A stretch of DNA of 64,000 nt from an uncultured virus (IMG/VR IMGVR_UViG_2920970810_000002) (lineage: Duplodnaviria > Heunggongvirae > Uroviricota > Caudoviricetes), in IMG/VR virus record IMGVR_UViG_2920970810_000002. One strand, written 5' to 3'. The position numbers and the translations under genes were made by a program. Position 1 is the first letter of the stretch. Every line of letters begins with the position of its first letter. The notes beneath the pieces are model-generated. The model did no database searches, was not told the DNA's origin, and saw only the letters and a program-made list of their open reading frames with translations. This document shows, in pieces, positions 11,073 to 20,434 of the stretch.

Positions 11073-11201
11073 TTCCGTTTCGACCTTGCCGAGACTTGCG
11101 CAGCATTCTAAACCATCGGCGACGGGGCGAAGCAACCTCCCGTTCAGGCCGAGAAAAGCCCAAGCGTTGCCTCGTAGCCTTGCCGTTGTTGGCAAGGTCT
11201 T

Positions 11202-12536
11202 TTGTGCGAGGTCATCTTGGCGTCATCGGCTCTCACCCATTCCGTCGCTCTTGTCGATCTGCTGCGGGCGTTCACCCGCATCGGCCTGCTCAGCTTTGGC
11301 GGACCTGCGGGGCAGATCGCGCTGATGCACCGGGAATTGGTGGAAGAGCGCAAATGGGTGGCCGAGGAGGATTTCCTCCACGCGCTCAATTTCTGCCACC
11401 TGCTCCCCGGCCCCGAAGCGCAGCAGCTCGCCACATGGATCGGGTGGCGGCTGCATGGATGGCGCGGCGGGCTGGCCGCGGGGCTGCTGTTCGTCATTCC
11501 GGGCGCGGCCATCATTCTGGCGCTGTCGGTGCTCTATGCCATTGCCGCCAATCTCGCATGGGTCGAGGCGCTGTTTCTGGGCGTAAAGGCAGCAGTGCTT
11601 GCGATTGTGGTGCAGGCCTTGTTGCGGATTGCCGGACGTGCGCTCGATACGGGATTGAAGCGTGCGCTGGCGGTGGCCGCGTTTGTCGGACTCTTCCTGT
11701 TCGATCTGCCATTTCCGCTGATCGTGCTGGGTTCCGGGGTGATTGGAATGGCGGTCGCAGCGTGGCGCCCTGCCCTGTTGGCGCTGAAACCCACAGCACC
11801 CGCTGGCGATTTGCCCGAACGACCATGGCGCAGCACGATCATTTCGGTTGCCCTTTGGGGAGCGGTCTGGGCCGCGCCGATGGTGCTGATTGCGCTGACG
11901 CTGGGGCAGGATCACGTGCTGTGGGAAATCGGCGTATTCTTCTCGCAGCTCGCCATCGTCACCTTTGGCGGGGCTTATGCAGTGCTCGCCTACATGGCGC
12001 AGGAAGCGGTGCAGGGCTTCGGGTGGCTACGTCCCGGTGAGATGGCCGATGGGCTTGGCCTTGCGGAAACCACGCCGGGGCCGCTGATCTTGGTGACGCA
12101 ATTCGTCGGTTACCTCGCGGCCTTCCGTGCGCCGGAACCGTTCTCGCCTTTCCTCGCGGGATTGCTGGGGGCGGGGCTGACCACGTGGGTGACGTTCGCG
12201 CCGTGCTTCATGTGGATCTTTGCCTTCGCGCCGTGGATCGACCGACTGGGTAACGCTGTGCGGTTGAAGGGCGGGCTCGCAGCAGTGACGGCGGCGGTTG
12301 TGGGCGTCATCGCCAACCTCACCGCATGGTTTGCGCTGCATGTGCTGTTTGCTGAGGTGGGCCAGCGCCAATTCGGTCCGCTGCGGTTATACTGGCCGGA
12401 CCCGGCGAGCTTCGAATGGCGCGCAGGCGTGCTGGCAGCGCTCGCCTGCGCACTGGTGTTCGGGCTGAAATGGTCGGTGCTGCGGGTTCTGATGGCCGCC
12501 GCGCTGGGCGGCATGGTTCTGGTTTTGGCAATCTGA
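11202..12536 (+). CDS. chrA: Chromate efflux transporter (CHR family); start approximate
   Basis: IGLLSFGGPAGQIALM, LLPGPEAQQLA, TFGGAYAVL, AETTPGP; two-domain membrane protein. Confidence 0.93.
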   Translation: MCEVILASSALTHSVALVDLLRAFTRIGLLSFGGPAGQIALMHRELVEERKWVAEEDFLHALNFCHLLPGPEAQQLATWIGWRLHGWRGGLAAGLLFVIPGAAIILALSVLYAIAANLAWVEALFLGVKAAVLAIVVQALLRIAGRALDTGLKRALAVAAFVGLFLFDLPFPLIVLGSGVIGMAVAAWRPALLALKPTAPAGDLPERPWRSTIISVALWGAVWAAPMVLIALTLGQDHVLWEIGVFFSQLAIVTFGGAYAVLAYMAQEAVQGFGWLRPGEMADGLGLAETTPGPLILVTQFVGYLAAFRAPEPFSPFLAGLLGAGLTTWVTFAPCFMWIFAFAPWIDRLGNAVRLKGGLAAVTAAVVGVIANLTAWFALHVLFAEVGQRQFGPLRLYWPDPASFEWRAGVLAALACALVFGLKWSVLRVLMAAALGGMVLVLAI

Positions 12537-12546
12537 GGAGGACGAC

Positions 12547-13275
12547 ATGAGCATCATCACACGCAGGCAAGCCATCGGCACAGCAGCCCTTTCGGCCACG
12601 GGCATCGCGCTGGCAGGAACGGCAAGCGCAGCTTCGGCGCAAGATCCTGCCGCAGCCGCTTCCCGTGCCGCTGCCTTTGCCGGCAAGCACACGCCGAAGC
12701 CGCTGCGGTTCAATCCGGCCAAGCTCACCGGCCTGTCCGAGCGGCTGATTACCTCGCACTGGGAGAACAATTATCAGGGCTCAGTGCGCGGGCTCAACAC
12801 CATCGAGACCCGCCTTGCTGCCGCCATGGCCGATCCCGACTTTCCGCCGGTTGCCTATGCCGGGCTGAAGCGCGAGGAACTGCACCGCACCGGATCGGTG
12901 GTGCTGCACGAATATTACTTCGATGCTCTGGGCGGCAACGGCAATCCCGGCGGGTCGATCTACGAGGCGCTGGATGGGTGGTTCGGGAGCTTCGATGCGT
13001 GGGAGGCCGAATTCCGCCGCACCGCAATGTCACTGGCGGGCGGATCGGGCTGGTGCATCCTCAGCTACAACCGCCACACCGAGTCGCTGCACAATTACTG
13101 GGCCTTCGATCACATGCACGGTGCAGCCACCGGCGCGCCGCTGATCGCGCTCGATATGTATGAGCATAGCTTTCACATGGACTACGGTGCGGCGGCAGCG
13201 AAGTATGTCGATGCCTTCATGGCCAACCTTGAATGGGAGGTGGTGGACGCAAGGTATCGTGCGGCGATTGCGTGA
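12547..13275 (+). CDS. Fe/Mn superoxide dismutase (ChrC-like) with Tat signal peptide
   Basis: ITRRQAIG twin-arginine leader; SHWENNY, VLHEYYF, GSGW, DMYEHSFHMDY. Confidence 0.88.
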   Translation: MSIITRRQAIGTAALSATGIALAGTASAASAQDPAAAASRAAAFAGKHTPKPLRFNPAKLTGLSERLITSHWENNYQGSVRGLNTIETRLAAAMADPDFPPVAYAGLKREELHRTGSVVLHEYYFDALGGNGNPGGSIYEALDGWFGSFDAWEAEFRRTAMSLAGGSGWCILSYNRHTESLHNYWAFDHMHGAATGAPLIALDMYEHSFHMDYGAAAAKYVDAFMANLEWEVVDARYRAAIA

Positions 13276-13895
13276 TGGGGCATTCTGCAAACCGGCTCTT
13301 GATCCTTACCTTGTTGGCTCTTGCGATTGGCGGAACCTGCCTCGCAGTTCAGGGGCCATTGCCGGGCGACGTTGGGGCCACACGCGGATTGCAATCCCTG
13401 TTTGGTAATGCGCCGCCTTGGGCTGAATGGTTTACCGATACAGCCAAGCCACCAATGGTAATTGCGACCATGGTGGTCGGGGTCGGGCTGGTATGGCTTG
13501 CTGCTGGCTGGCGCGCAGTGCTTTCGGTCCCGCTTGCCTTCGGTCTCGCCTGGCTGATCGACAAGGGCATGCGCGCTGTGATCTTTGCGCCGCGGCCTTC
13601 GGCGGATCTGGTTGCCGTTGCCAACGCCAGCAGTTCGAGCGGGCTGCCTTCCACCTTCGGGCTCGTTTATGGAAGCATCTTCGGAGTCGTTGTCTTTGCG
13701 GCAGCAACGGGCAGGTCGGCGAACGGGCTGCGCGCCCTTGCGCTTGCTCTGATCTTTGCCGGAGTGGCGGCCCGGGTGGTGCTCGGGGGACACTGGTCGA
13801 GCCAGATGCTCGCCTCGGTTCTGCTGGGTCTGTTGGCGGCCGCTGCTGCAAGCGAAGTAGCTAATCGGTTGCTCGTGAAGGAGGGCGCACGATGA
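13275..13895 (+). CDS. PAP2-like membrane protein (degenerate motifs)
   Basis: K...RP, LPSTF in place of PSGH, ARVVLGGHW; TGATG coupling. Confidence 0.65.
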   Translation: MGHSANRLLILTLLALAIGGTCLAVQGPLPGDVGATRGLQSLFGNAPPWAEWFTDTAKPPMVIATMVVGVGLVWLAAGWRAVLSVPLAFGLAWLIDKGMRAVIFAPRPSADLVAVANASSSSGLPSTFGLVYGSIFGVVVFAAATGRSANGLRALALALIFAGVAARVVLGGHWSSQMLASVLLGLLAAAAASEVANRLLVKEGAR

Positions 13896-14518
13896 CAGAA
13901 GAACCTCAGCATCAGCACTGGGATCGGGTCTATTCCGACAAGGCACCCAGCGAGGTCAGCTGGTTCCAGAGCGAACCGCGCCCTTCGCTTGCCGCGCTTG
14001 CACGCTTTGATGTGCCCCGCACGACACCCTTCGTCGCTATCGGAGGGGGCGCCTCCAATCTCGTCGATGCCTTGCTGGCAAACGGGTGGAGCGATGTGAC
14101 CGTGGTCGACATTGCCGCCCCGGCACTGGAGGCGGCGCAAGCCCGACTGGGCGAGGCGGCAGCGGGCGTCCACTGGGAGATCGCCGACATAACCCGCTGG
14201 AACCCGCCGCATCGCTACGGGGTATGGCATGACCGGGCCGTCTTCCATTTCCTGACCGAGCCTGAGCAACGGGACGCCTATCGGCGTGCACTGCTGGCTG
14301 GAACCGCCCCCGGTGCACTCGTCATCATCGCCACCTTCGCGCCCGATGGACCAGAAAAATGCAGCGGCCTGCCAGTGCAGCGCCATGATGCGGCAAGCCT
14401 TGCCGTTGCACTCGGTAGCGCGTTCACGTTGCTTGACGACTGGCGTGAGGAACACCTCACCCCGTGGGGCGCGGCGCAGAAGTTCATCTGGTGCGTGTTC
14501 CGGCGAGACAGCGACTGA
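13892..14518 (+). CDS. Class I SAM-dependent methyltransferase
   Basis: HWDRVY, IGGGAS, WHDRAVFHFL, GPEKCSGL. Confidence 0.85.
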   Translation: MTEEPQHQHWDRVYSDKAPSEVSWFQSEPRPSLAALARFDVPRTTPFVAIGGGASNLVDALLANGWSDVTVVDIAAPALEAAQARLGEAAAGVHWEIADITRWNPPHRYGVWHDRAVFHFLTEPEQRDAYRRALLAGTAPGALVIIATFAPDGPEKCSGLPVQRHDAASLAVALGSAFTLLDDWREEHLTPWGAAQKFIWCVFRRDSD

Positions 14519-14560
14519 TCAGCTCTCTGCCTGTTCGGTGTGGCCAAACTTGTGATGAGC

Positions 14561-14591
14561 GACTGCATTGGGGTCGCTTCCCGAATGGCGG
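14561..14591 (+). repeat. Cargo-flanking motif Y, copy 1
   Basis: GACTGCATTGGGGTCGCTTCCCGAATGGCGG, 25/31 identical to 16537-16567. Confidence 0.75.
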
Positions 14592-14627
14592 GAATTTTTC
14601 GTGAGCCGGGGATTGCCGCCATACGGC

Positions 14628-14682
14628 TTTCGAGATCGAGCATTGTCCCGGCTCATGGCCGGTCGTGGGTGGAAAGCGGAAT
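14628..14682 (+). repeat. Cargo-flanking motif X, copy 2
   Basis: Same blocks and spacing as 11018-11072. Confidence 0.75.
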
Positions 14683-14716
14683 GGCGGCTTTTCGCTGAGA
14701 GTTTCCAGGGTGGATT

Positions 14717-16423
14717 TTATTCGACTGCTTCGAGCAGGACGACGCGACCCGGTTTTGCGATATGCACCTCCCCCGCCACCACCCGTGCCATCTCGCCGCT
14801 GTAACTGTCGCGCAGCAATGTGCCTTCGGGGAAGACCGTCCCGGTGCGGATGGTAATCGGGCCGCTCGTTCCTGCGGTCATTGCCACCACGGCCTTATCG
14901 GTCAGCCCAGCTTCGTTCAGGATGCGTGCGAAGGTGTAGGGCTTAAAGGCGAGTTCGTGGTGCCGCCCTGCGCCAATCGCCGGATGCCGCTTACGGAATT
15001 GCCCGAGCTTCTGCCAGTGCTGAAGCATGGCGCGGCCGGCGTCGGTATCGGATTTCTGCCAATCGAACACTGACCGCAGGGTTGCGTCGCCCTTGGTGCC
15101 GGGGATCACCAGCGAGCGCGCAATTTCGTCGCCGTAATAGATTTGCGCGCCGCCAGGGGCGAGCAGCAGCGCCTCGGCGGACTCGAGATGTTTTGCGCGC
15201 GGCTGATCATACGACGCCATGTCGTCGTGTGACGCGAGATAGTTCAAGGTTGCTCGTCCTGCGAAGGCACCCGTCGCCAATTCGGCGTCAAATGCACGAT
15301 AAAGCGCGGGGAGCGGCATCGCGAGGTGCGCGGGAAAGCCCATGTTGATCGTGCCGTCGAAGCCGTGATCGCGGAAGTCGACGAACCGGTCGCCATAATC
15401 ATAGGCCGCGCCGACCGATTGACCGTTGGCCAGCAGCCCATGGTTGAACACCTCCCCGACCATGTAAAACGGGCGATCCCCTGCGATCCTGTCGGCATTG
15501 CGCGCGCGCCATTCAGCCAGTGCGATGGCAGATTCCTTCTTGAGCACGCCCCACAGTTCAGGATCGACGTGCTTGGCGGTGTCCACCCGGAAGCCGTCAA
15601 TCCCATAATCTCGCACCCAGTCGGTCAACCACTTGACCAGATAGTATTTGGGCGCACGCGGATAGCCGGTGCGAGCGAAGAACGTATCGAGCTCGGCAAG
15701 TTCACGCTTGAGCCTGCCTTCCTTGCGCCATTTCGCGAGCAAAAAGTCGGGCAACGCCACGGGCGTTTCGCTGTCGGTGCGTATGTCCTGCAAGGTGAAG
15801 GACAGCTCGCAATCGACTGTGCCGGCATAGCTCTGGTAATCGCAAGCCGGTGTGCGGCGCACCCAGGTTTCGGGCCAGCGCGGGTCGAGCGGAGTCGCTG
15901 GCCCTGCATGGTTGGCGATGACATCGACGATCACCCGCAGCCCCTTGCCATGTGCCGCCTTCACCATTGCGGCGAAATCGGCCTCGGTCCCTAGATTGGG
16001 ATCGATTGCGGTCCAGTCCTTGGGCCAATAGCCGTGATAGGCGTAGGTGCGTCCCCACTCGCCTTCCTCGACGGAGCCGTGGACGTTCTCGATCACCGGC
16101 GTTGTCCAGATTGCATCGACGCCGAGATCGTTGAACCAGCCCTGCTTGATCTTCTGTGTCAGTCCCTTGAGATCGCCGCCCTCGAAACTGCGCAGCGGAC
16201 CTCCGTTCGGCTCGCGGCCGACAGAGCGATCATTGGTTGGGTCACCATTGGCAAAGCGGTCGGTGAGCAGGAAGTAGATCGTGGTGGCGCGCCATCGCGG
16301 ATCGACCGTCTCAGGTTGAATCGGCGTTTCCTCTTGCGCGAATAGCGGAACTGGATGGAAGCTAGCAGCGGCAACACCGGCCATTGCGATTGCAAGCGCG
16401 CGAGGCGCAGTGACATGACGCAT
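14717..16423 (-). CDS. Secreted alpha-amylase (GH13)
   Basis: Signal peptide; IYFLLTDRFANGD, YHGYW, DVIANH, DGFRVDTAKHV, GEV, SHDD; ATG 16423 after GGAGAGG. Confidence 0.92.
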   Translation of the reverse strand: MRHVTAPRALAIAMAGVAAASFHPVPLFAQEETPIQPETVDPRWRATTIYFLLTDRFANGDPTNDRSVGREPNGGPLRSFEGGDLKGLTQKIKQGWFNDLGVDAIWTTPVIENVHGSVEEGEWGRTYAYHGYWPKDWTAIDPNLGTEADFAAMVKAAHGKGLRVIVDVIANHAGPATPLDPRWPETWVRRTPACDYQSYAGTVDCELSFTLQDIRTDSETPVALPDFLLAKWRKEGRLKRELAELDTFFARTGYPRAPKYYLVKWLTDWVRDYGIDGFRVDTAKHVDPELWGVLKKESAIALAEWRARNADRIAGDRPFYMVGEVFNHGLLANGQSVGAAYDYGDRFVDFRDHGFDGTINMGFPAHLAMPLPALYRAFDAELATGAFAGRATLNYLASHDDMASYDQPRAKHLESAEALLLAPGGAQIYYGDEIARSLVIPGTKGDATLRSVFDWQKSDTDAGRAMLQHWQKLGQFRKRHPAIGAGRHHELAFKPYTFARILNEAGLTDKAVVAMTAGTSGPITIRTGTVFPEGTLLRDSYSGEMARVVAGEVHIAKPGRVVLLEAVE

Positions 16424-16536
16424 TATTGTGGTCCCTCTCCAGTACAAGATCATCGTCGCTTCAGCCACTTAGCAGGTCAAGCATACGGTCGATGAATACG
16501 AATGTTGATCCGTAATTGGATTGCCAGACTCGGAAC

Positions 16537-16567
16537 GACCGCTTCGGGGTCGCTTGCTGAATGTCGG
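16537..16567 (+). repeat. Cargo-flanking motif Y, copy 2
   Basis: GACCGCTTCGGGGTCGCTTGCTGAATGTCGG. Confidence 0.75.
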
Positions 16568-16613
16568 CTTCTGGCGGAAAATCGCAGATAGCTGCCATCG
16601 GCGCAATGGGTCC

Positions 16614-18272
16614 TCACGCAACGTCGGGGTCACTGGAACGAGCCGCCTTCCACGCCCATGGCAGGAGCTCGTCGAGGCGGTTGATGGGATGGCCTTTGCC
16701 GATGCGGTCGAGGACGTCGGTCAGCCAGACCTGCGGGTTCACGCCGTTGAGCTTGGCGGTCTCGAGCAGCGAATACATCGCGGCCGCCCGCTCGCCGCCG
16801 CAATCCGCGCCGGCGAACAGCCAGTTCTTGCGCCCGACCGCGATGCCGCGCAGCGCGTTCTCGGCAAGGTTGTTGTCGATCTCGAGCCGTCCGTCCTGGG
16901 TGTAGGCGAGCAGCGCGGGCTTCAGCTTGACGGCATAGCGCAGCGCCTCAGCAAGCGGTGAGCGCGCCGATGCCTGGCCGAGCACGCTGTCTGCCCATGC
17001 GAAGAAATCGAGCGCAATGAGCTGTGATGCCGATCGCTGGCGCAGACGCTCCATGGGAGGCTCACCCCCAACCAACCGTTCGATCTCGTAGAGTTGCGCA
17101 ATCATGGCGAGCCCCTTGCGCGCGGCAGAGCCGCGGTCAGCAACAAGCACGTCATGCAGCTTGCGCCTCGCATGCGCCCAGCAGGCGACGGGCGTGATGG
17201 GGCCGGGCTCGCGGCCTGAGTCATAGAGGGCGTTGAACCCCGCATAGGCATCGGCCTGCAGAAAGCCTGCAAAGGCCGCAAGATGCTCGCGCGGTCGCTC
17301 GCCCTTGCGATCGGGGCTATAGCGGAACAGGGCTGCGGGCTTGTCGCTGGGGCTCCATCGGCGGTTATCGCGCAGATAGACCCATAATCGCCCGGTCGAT
17401 GTCTTGCCCGTTCCGGGAGCCAGCACCGGGACGGGCGTGTCGTCGGCGTGGAGCTTCGGGCTCGCCATGACGTGTGAGCAAAGCCGCTCGACCAGTGGAT
17501 CGAGCAGCCAGCTGACCTGACCGAGCCAGTCGGCCATCGTCGAGCGGGGAAGTTCGACGCCCTCGCGCGCATAGATCTGCGACTGGCGGTATAACGGCAG
17601 GTGATCGGCGAACTTGGCAACGATTATGTGCGCCAGCAGCCCGGGACCGGCACGGCCGCGCGGGATCGGCAGAGCGGGTGCTGGTGCTTGGGCGATGGTA
17701 TCGCAGCACTTGCAGGCGACTTTGGGACGGACATGGCGCACCACGCGGAAGCTTGCGGGCACATATTCCAGCACTTCGGTGACGTCCTCACCTAGAACGC
17801 TCGCCTTACCGCCGCACGCCGCGCAGCGATCCGCGCCGGGCGCCGGATGCATGATCACATCGCGCGGCAGATGATCGGGCAGCGGCGCGCGCTTGGGTTT
17901 GCGCCTGGGCTTCGGCTCTTCACTCTCGTCCTGATCGACCTGCCCGCGCACGACGCACTCGGCATGGGCCTGCCGGGCTTCAAGATCCTCGAGCGTCAGC
18001 TCAAGCTGGTCGGCAAGCTGCGTCATGCGCTCGGACGACTGGCCGAACTTCATCCGCCGTAGCTTGGCAAGCTGGGCTTTGAGCTTCTCGATCTGAAGCG
18101 TCGTCAGCTTGATCGCGTTGCGCGCGGCACCGAGTTCGTCTCGCGTTGCACCGTGTGCTTTGCGCTCGTCAGCAAGCGCCTGTTCCGAAGCGGAAAGGCG
18201 CTCCTTCATTGCCTCGGCAAAGGCCCGAAGTTCGTCCGGATCGGAGGGTAAATCAAGGTCGGCGGGAGACAC
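16614..18272 (-). CDS. tnpC: IS66 DDE transposase
   Basis: FGQSSER, Zn finger, HLPLYRQ, LHADDTPV, CWAHARRK, DNNLAENALR, GRKNWLF; GTG start inferred. Confidence 0.95.
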   Translation of the reverse strand: MSPADLDLPSDPDELRAFAEAMKERLSASEQALADERKAHGATRDELGAARNAIKLTTLQIEKLKAQLAKLRRMKFGQSSERMTQLADQLELTLEDLEARQAHAECVVRGQVDQDESEEPKPRRKPKRAPLPDHLPRDVIMHPAPGADRCAACGGKASVLGEDVTEVLEYVPASFRVVRHVRPKVACKCCDTIAQAPAPALPIPRGRAGPGLLAHIIVAKFADHLPLYRQSQIYAREGVELPRSTMADWLGQVSWLLDPLVERLCSHVMASPKLHADDTPVPVLAPGTGKTSTGRLWVYLRDNRRWSPSDKPAALFRYSPDRKGERPREHLAAFAGFLQADAYAGFNALYDSGREPGPITPVACWAHARRKLHDVLVADRGSAARKGLAMIAQLYEIERLVGGEPPMERLRQRSASQLIALDFFAWADSVLGQASARSPLAEALRYAVKLKPALLAYTQDGRLEIDNNLAENALRGIAVGRKNWLFAGADCGGERAAAMYSLLETAKLNGVNPQVWLTDVLDRIGKGHPINRLDELLPWAWKAARSSDPDVA

Positions 18273-18337
18273 GAACAGCGGATAACATGATGGGCGATCT
18301 TGACCAAGCCGAAGGCAGGAAAACCGTGCCCGATTCG

Positions 18338-18691
18338 TTAGATATGCACAGGCCGTTTGGGCGGCTTTGGCGCCACCGTCCGCCGCCAATCCATAGCCTC
18401 CAGAAGCAGCGAAAACTGCGCCGGTGTCAGCACCACACCCCCATCGACCAGCGGCGGCCACACGAAGCGATGGCGCTCGAGCCGCTTGGCGAAAAGGCAC
18501 AGGCCGGTGCCGTCCCAGATTAGCGCCTTGAGGTAGTTGCCGCGCTTGCTGCGGAACAGGAAAACGTGCCCACTGTAAGGGTCGAGCCTGAAGACTTCGC
18601 TGGCAAGCACGCTCAGGCCCGCAAAGCCCTTGCGCATATCGACCGGCTTGCTGGCGAGATAGACCTTGGTGCCCGGCGGCAGGCTCAGCAT
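18338..18691 (-). CDS. tnpB: IS66 accessory protein
   Basis: PVDMRKGFAGL, WDGTGLCLFAKRLE. Confidence 0.95.
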   Translation of the reverse strand: MLSLPPGTKVYLASKPVDMRKGFAGLSVLASEVFRLDPYSGHVFLFRSKRGNYLKALIWDGTGLCLFAKRLERHRFVWPPLVDGGVVLTPAQFSLLLEAMDWRRTVAPKPPKRPVHI

Positions 18692-19140
18692 GGCACGGCC
18701 TTCAACGCGCGCAGAACCCGGGCGAGCGCCTTCTCGTTGACGAAGCTGTCGACGGTCAAGCGCGCTCCGTTGGCGAGCTCGATGGCAATCGTGCCTGCTC
18801 GTGGCGGCTCGGTCGGCGGAGAAGCCGCTACACCGGCCACCAAAGGGCCGACCGACGGCTCTGGCCCCTCAGGGATGATCGCGGGAGCCGAAGTGTCCGC
18901 TGTGGCCTCGACGAACTGGCCGCATGGGATAAACTCCAGCGCCTTCCTTGCAATCGCTTCAGCCTCGCACCGGTTGGCACGCCAGTTGTAGATTAAACTC
19001 TTGGCGATGCCATGCCTGCGCGCGACCGACGTGACCGTGACATCGGGCCGCAAGCTCTCCGCGACGATCGCGGCCTTCTCCGCATCAGAATAGCGCCGCC
19101 GCCGCTCCGTCCGCACGATCACGCCACCACCGTCGATCAC
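18685..19140 (-). CDS. tnpA: IS66 accessory HTH protein
   Basis: RRRRYSDAEKAAIVAES, VARRHGI, IYNWR. Confidence 0.9.
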   Translation of the reverse strand: MIDGGGVIVRTERRRRYSDAEKAAIVAESLRPDVTVTSVARRHGIAKSLIYNWRANRCEAEAIARKALEFIPCGQFVEATADTSAPAIIPEGPEPSVGPLVAGVAASPPTEPPRAGTIAIELANGARLTVDSFVNEKALARVLRALKAVPC

Positions 19141-19188
19141 AAGACCTCCTTATGGAGTCCAGAAAGAGCTCCCTTCAGGAACCGTCCT

Positions 19189-19482
19189 TCATTGCTCAGC
19201 GGCAACCCCGCAACTCGTGGTTGGCCGGACGCTTACACAACTTCGCGCCTGATCCCGCATGACGCTGTAGTCGGCGAGCATTTCGGCGAGAGCCGACCCC
19301 TCCGGCAGCAGATCGAGCTCGTCGGCTGTGCGTGCCTGGAACTCGCGGCTATACTCGACCACCGGTGGGCAGACGGTCGTGACGCGGGGCTTAGAAGCGA
19401 CCGTTGTGCAGCCGGTCAGCGAGATTGTTACGATCGCGAGGGCGGCGAGCCGCCGCATCGAGCATCTGGCGTTGGACGTCAT
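19189..19482 (-). CDS. o-spanin-like lipoprotein with its C-terminus replaced by the IS66 insertion
   Basis: Lipobox SLTGC, CPPVVEY; overlaps the i-spanin-like gene; original end RGRSP* lies at 10954-10971. Confidence 0.65.
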   Translation of the reverse strand: MTSNARCSMRRLAALAIVTISLTGCTTVASKPRVTTVCPPVVEYSREFQARTADELDLLPEGSALAEMLADYSVMRDQARSCVSVRPTTSCGVAAEQ

Positions 19483-19648
19483 TGGTCTTCTCCGAGGTTT
19501 CGAGGCGTTCGGCGAGGCGACCAGCGCGCTCGCCGCAGCGCCGAAGTGCGAGCAGGAACAGGAGCACCGCGAGTGCGATGGCGCCGTAGCGTAGGGCCGC
19601 CCGCATCCACGGGGCGGCGGCGATCCCGGTGAACAGAGCGGCGATCAT
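19391..19648 (-). CDS. i-spanin-like membrane protein
   Basis: N-terminal TM helix then a charged helix; follows the endolysin. Confidence 0.6.
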   Translation of the reverse strand: MIAALFTGIAAAPWMRAALRYGAIALAVLLFLLALRRCGERAGRLAERLETSEKTNDVQRQMLDAAARRPRDRNNLADRLHNGRF

Positions 19649-20319
19649 CGACGCCCCCGTTTCCAGTCGTCGATGCGGGCGTAGATCGTCACGGCAAGGC
19701 CCGCGATCGCCACGACGATGAACACCCAGCGCAAGGTGTCGAGATAGGGCACAAGCGGCAGGATCGCGGTCTGGGTCTCCGCCAGGACGTTCTGCGCCAC
19801 CTCGACGCCAGCGGCGCCCAGCGTCGCCACGCCAGCTGCGCCGCTGCCCTTCATCGTGCGGCTGTCGGCCAGGACCTCTCGTGCGGGCGGCGTTTCTTCG
19901 GCGAACGCCGTCGCCCGGACCGGGAACCGCTCGCCCCACTGACGCGCCGGGCCGAGATCGATGTGGATGAAGCCCGAGCGCGGATAGTAGCCGAACCCCT
20001 TGAACCCGACGGCTCGGGCGGCGGCCTCGAAAGCCACCGGATCGTGGTTCGCCATGGCAATGTCGAAGGCGGTGCCGTCCATGTGCTTCGAGCGCGGTGC
20101 GCCGCCGATGGCGCGATTGTGCTGCGGGCTGCGATAGGCCGAACGGACAATAAGCGGCTTGCCGAGCCGGTCGCGCAGCGCCTGGAGCTTGTCGAGCGCC
20201 TCCTCGTGCACACGGATGGCGCCTGTGCCGCGACAGGCGATCTCGGCAGGCGAGAAGTTCTTCCAGCGCCAACGGTTGCTGGGCACATCGCGCCAATGGC
20301 GATAGGTGATGGCAGTCAT
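19645..20319 (-). CDS. Endolysin, peptidase M15 family, with C-terminal hydrophobic segment
   Basis: NFSPAEIAC, SAYRSPQHN, SKHMDGTAFDI, FIHID. Confidence 0.88.
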   Translation of the reverse strand: MTAITYRHWRDVPSNRWRWKNFSPAEIACRGTGAIRVHEEALDKLQALRDRLGKPLIVRSAYRSPQHNRAIGGAPRSKHMDGTAFDIAMANHDPVAFEAAARAVGFKGFGYYPRSGFIHIDLGPARQWGERFPVRATAFAEETPPAREVLADSRTMKGSGAAGVATLGAAGVEVAQNVLAETQTAILPLVPYLDTLRWVFIVVAIAGLAVTIYARIDDWKRGRR

Positions 20320-20341
20320 GAGCGGTCTCCGGACAGGATGA

Positions 20342-20372
20342 CGCCCACCCCTCTGCAAAAGAGGGGCGGGCG
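20342..20372. other. GC-rich hairpin upstream of the endolysin
   Basis: CGCCCACCCCTCT-gcaaa-AGAGGGGCGGGCG. Confidence 0.5.
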
Positions 20373-20434
20373 CGAAGGATGGGATGGAAGGCGCGGCGTG
20401 AGGGCCGGTCGGCCCCATGCCGCGGCGGTTCGGT

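Larger units (their letters stand above)
10980..19236 (-). mobile_element. IS66-family transposon carrying passenger genes
   Basis: Terminal IRs GTAAGCGTCCGG at 10980 (+) and ending at 19236 (-); direct repeat ACAACTTC at 10972-10979 and 19237-19244; tnpA-tnpB-tnpC inside. Confidence 0.93.

Noticed and set aside
18338..18691. RNA-guided TnpB nuclease
   Set aside because: This is the unrelated 117-aa IS66 accessory TnpB
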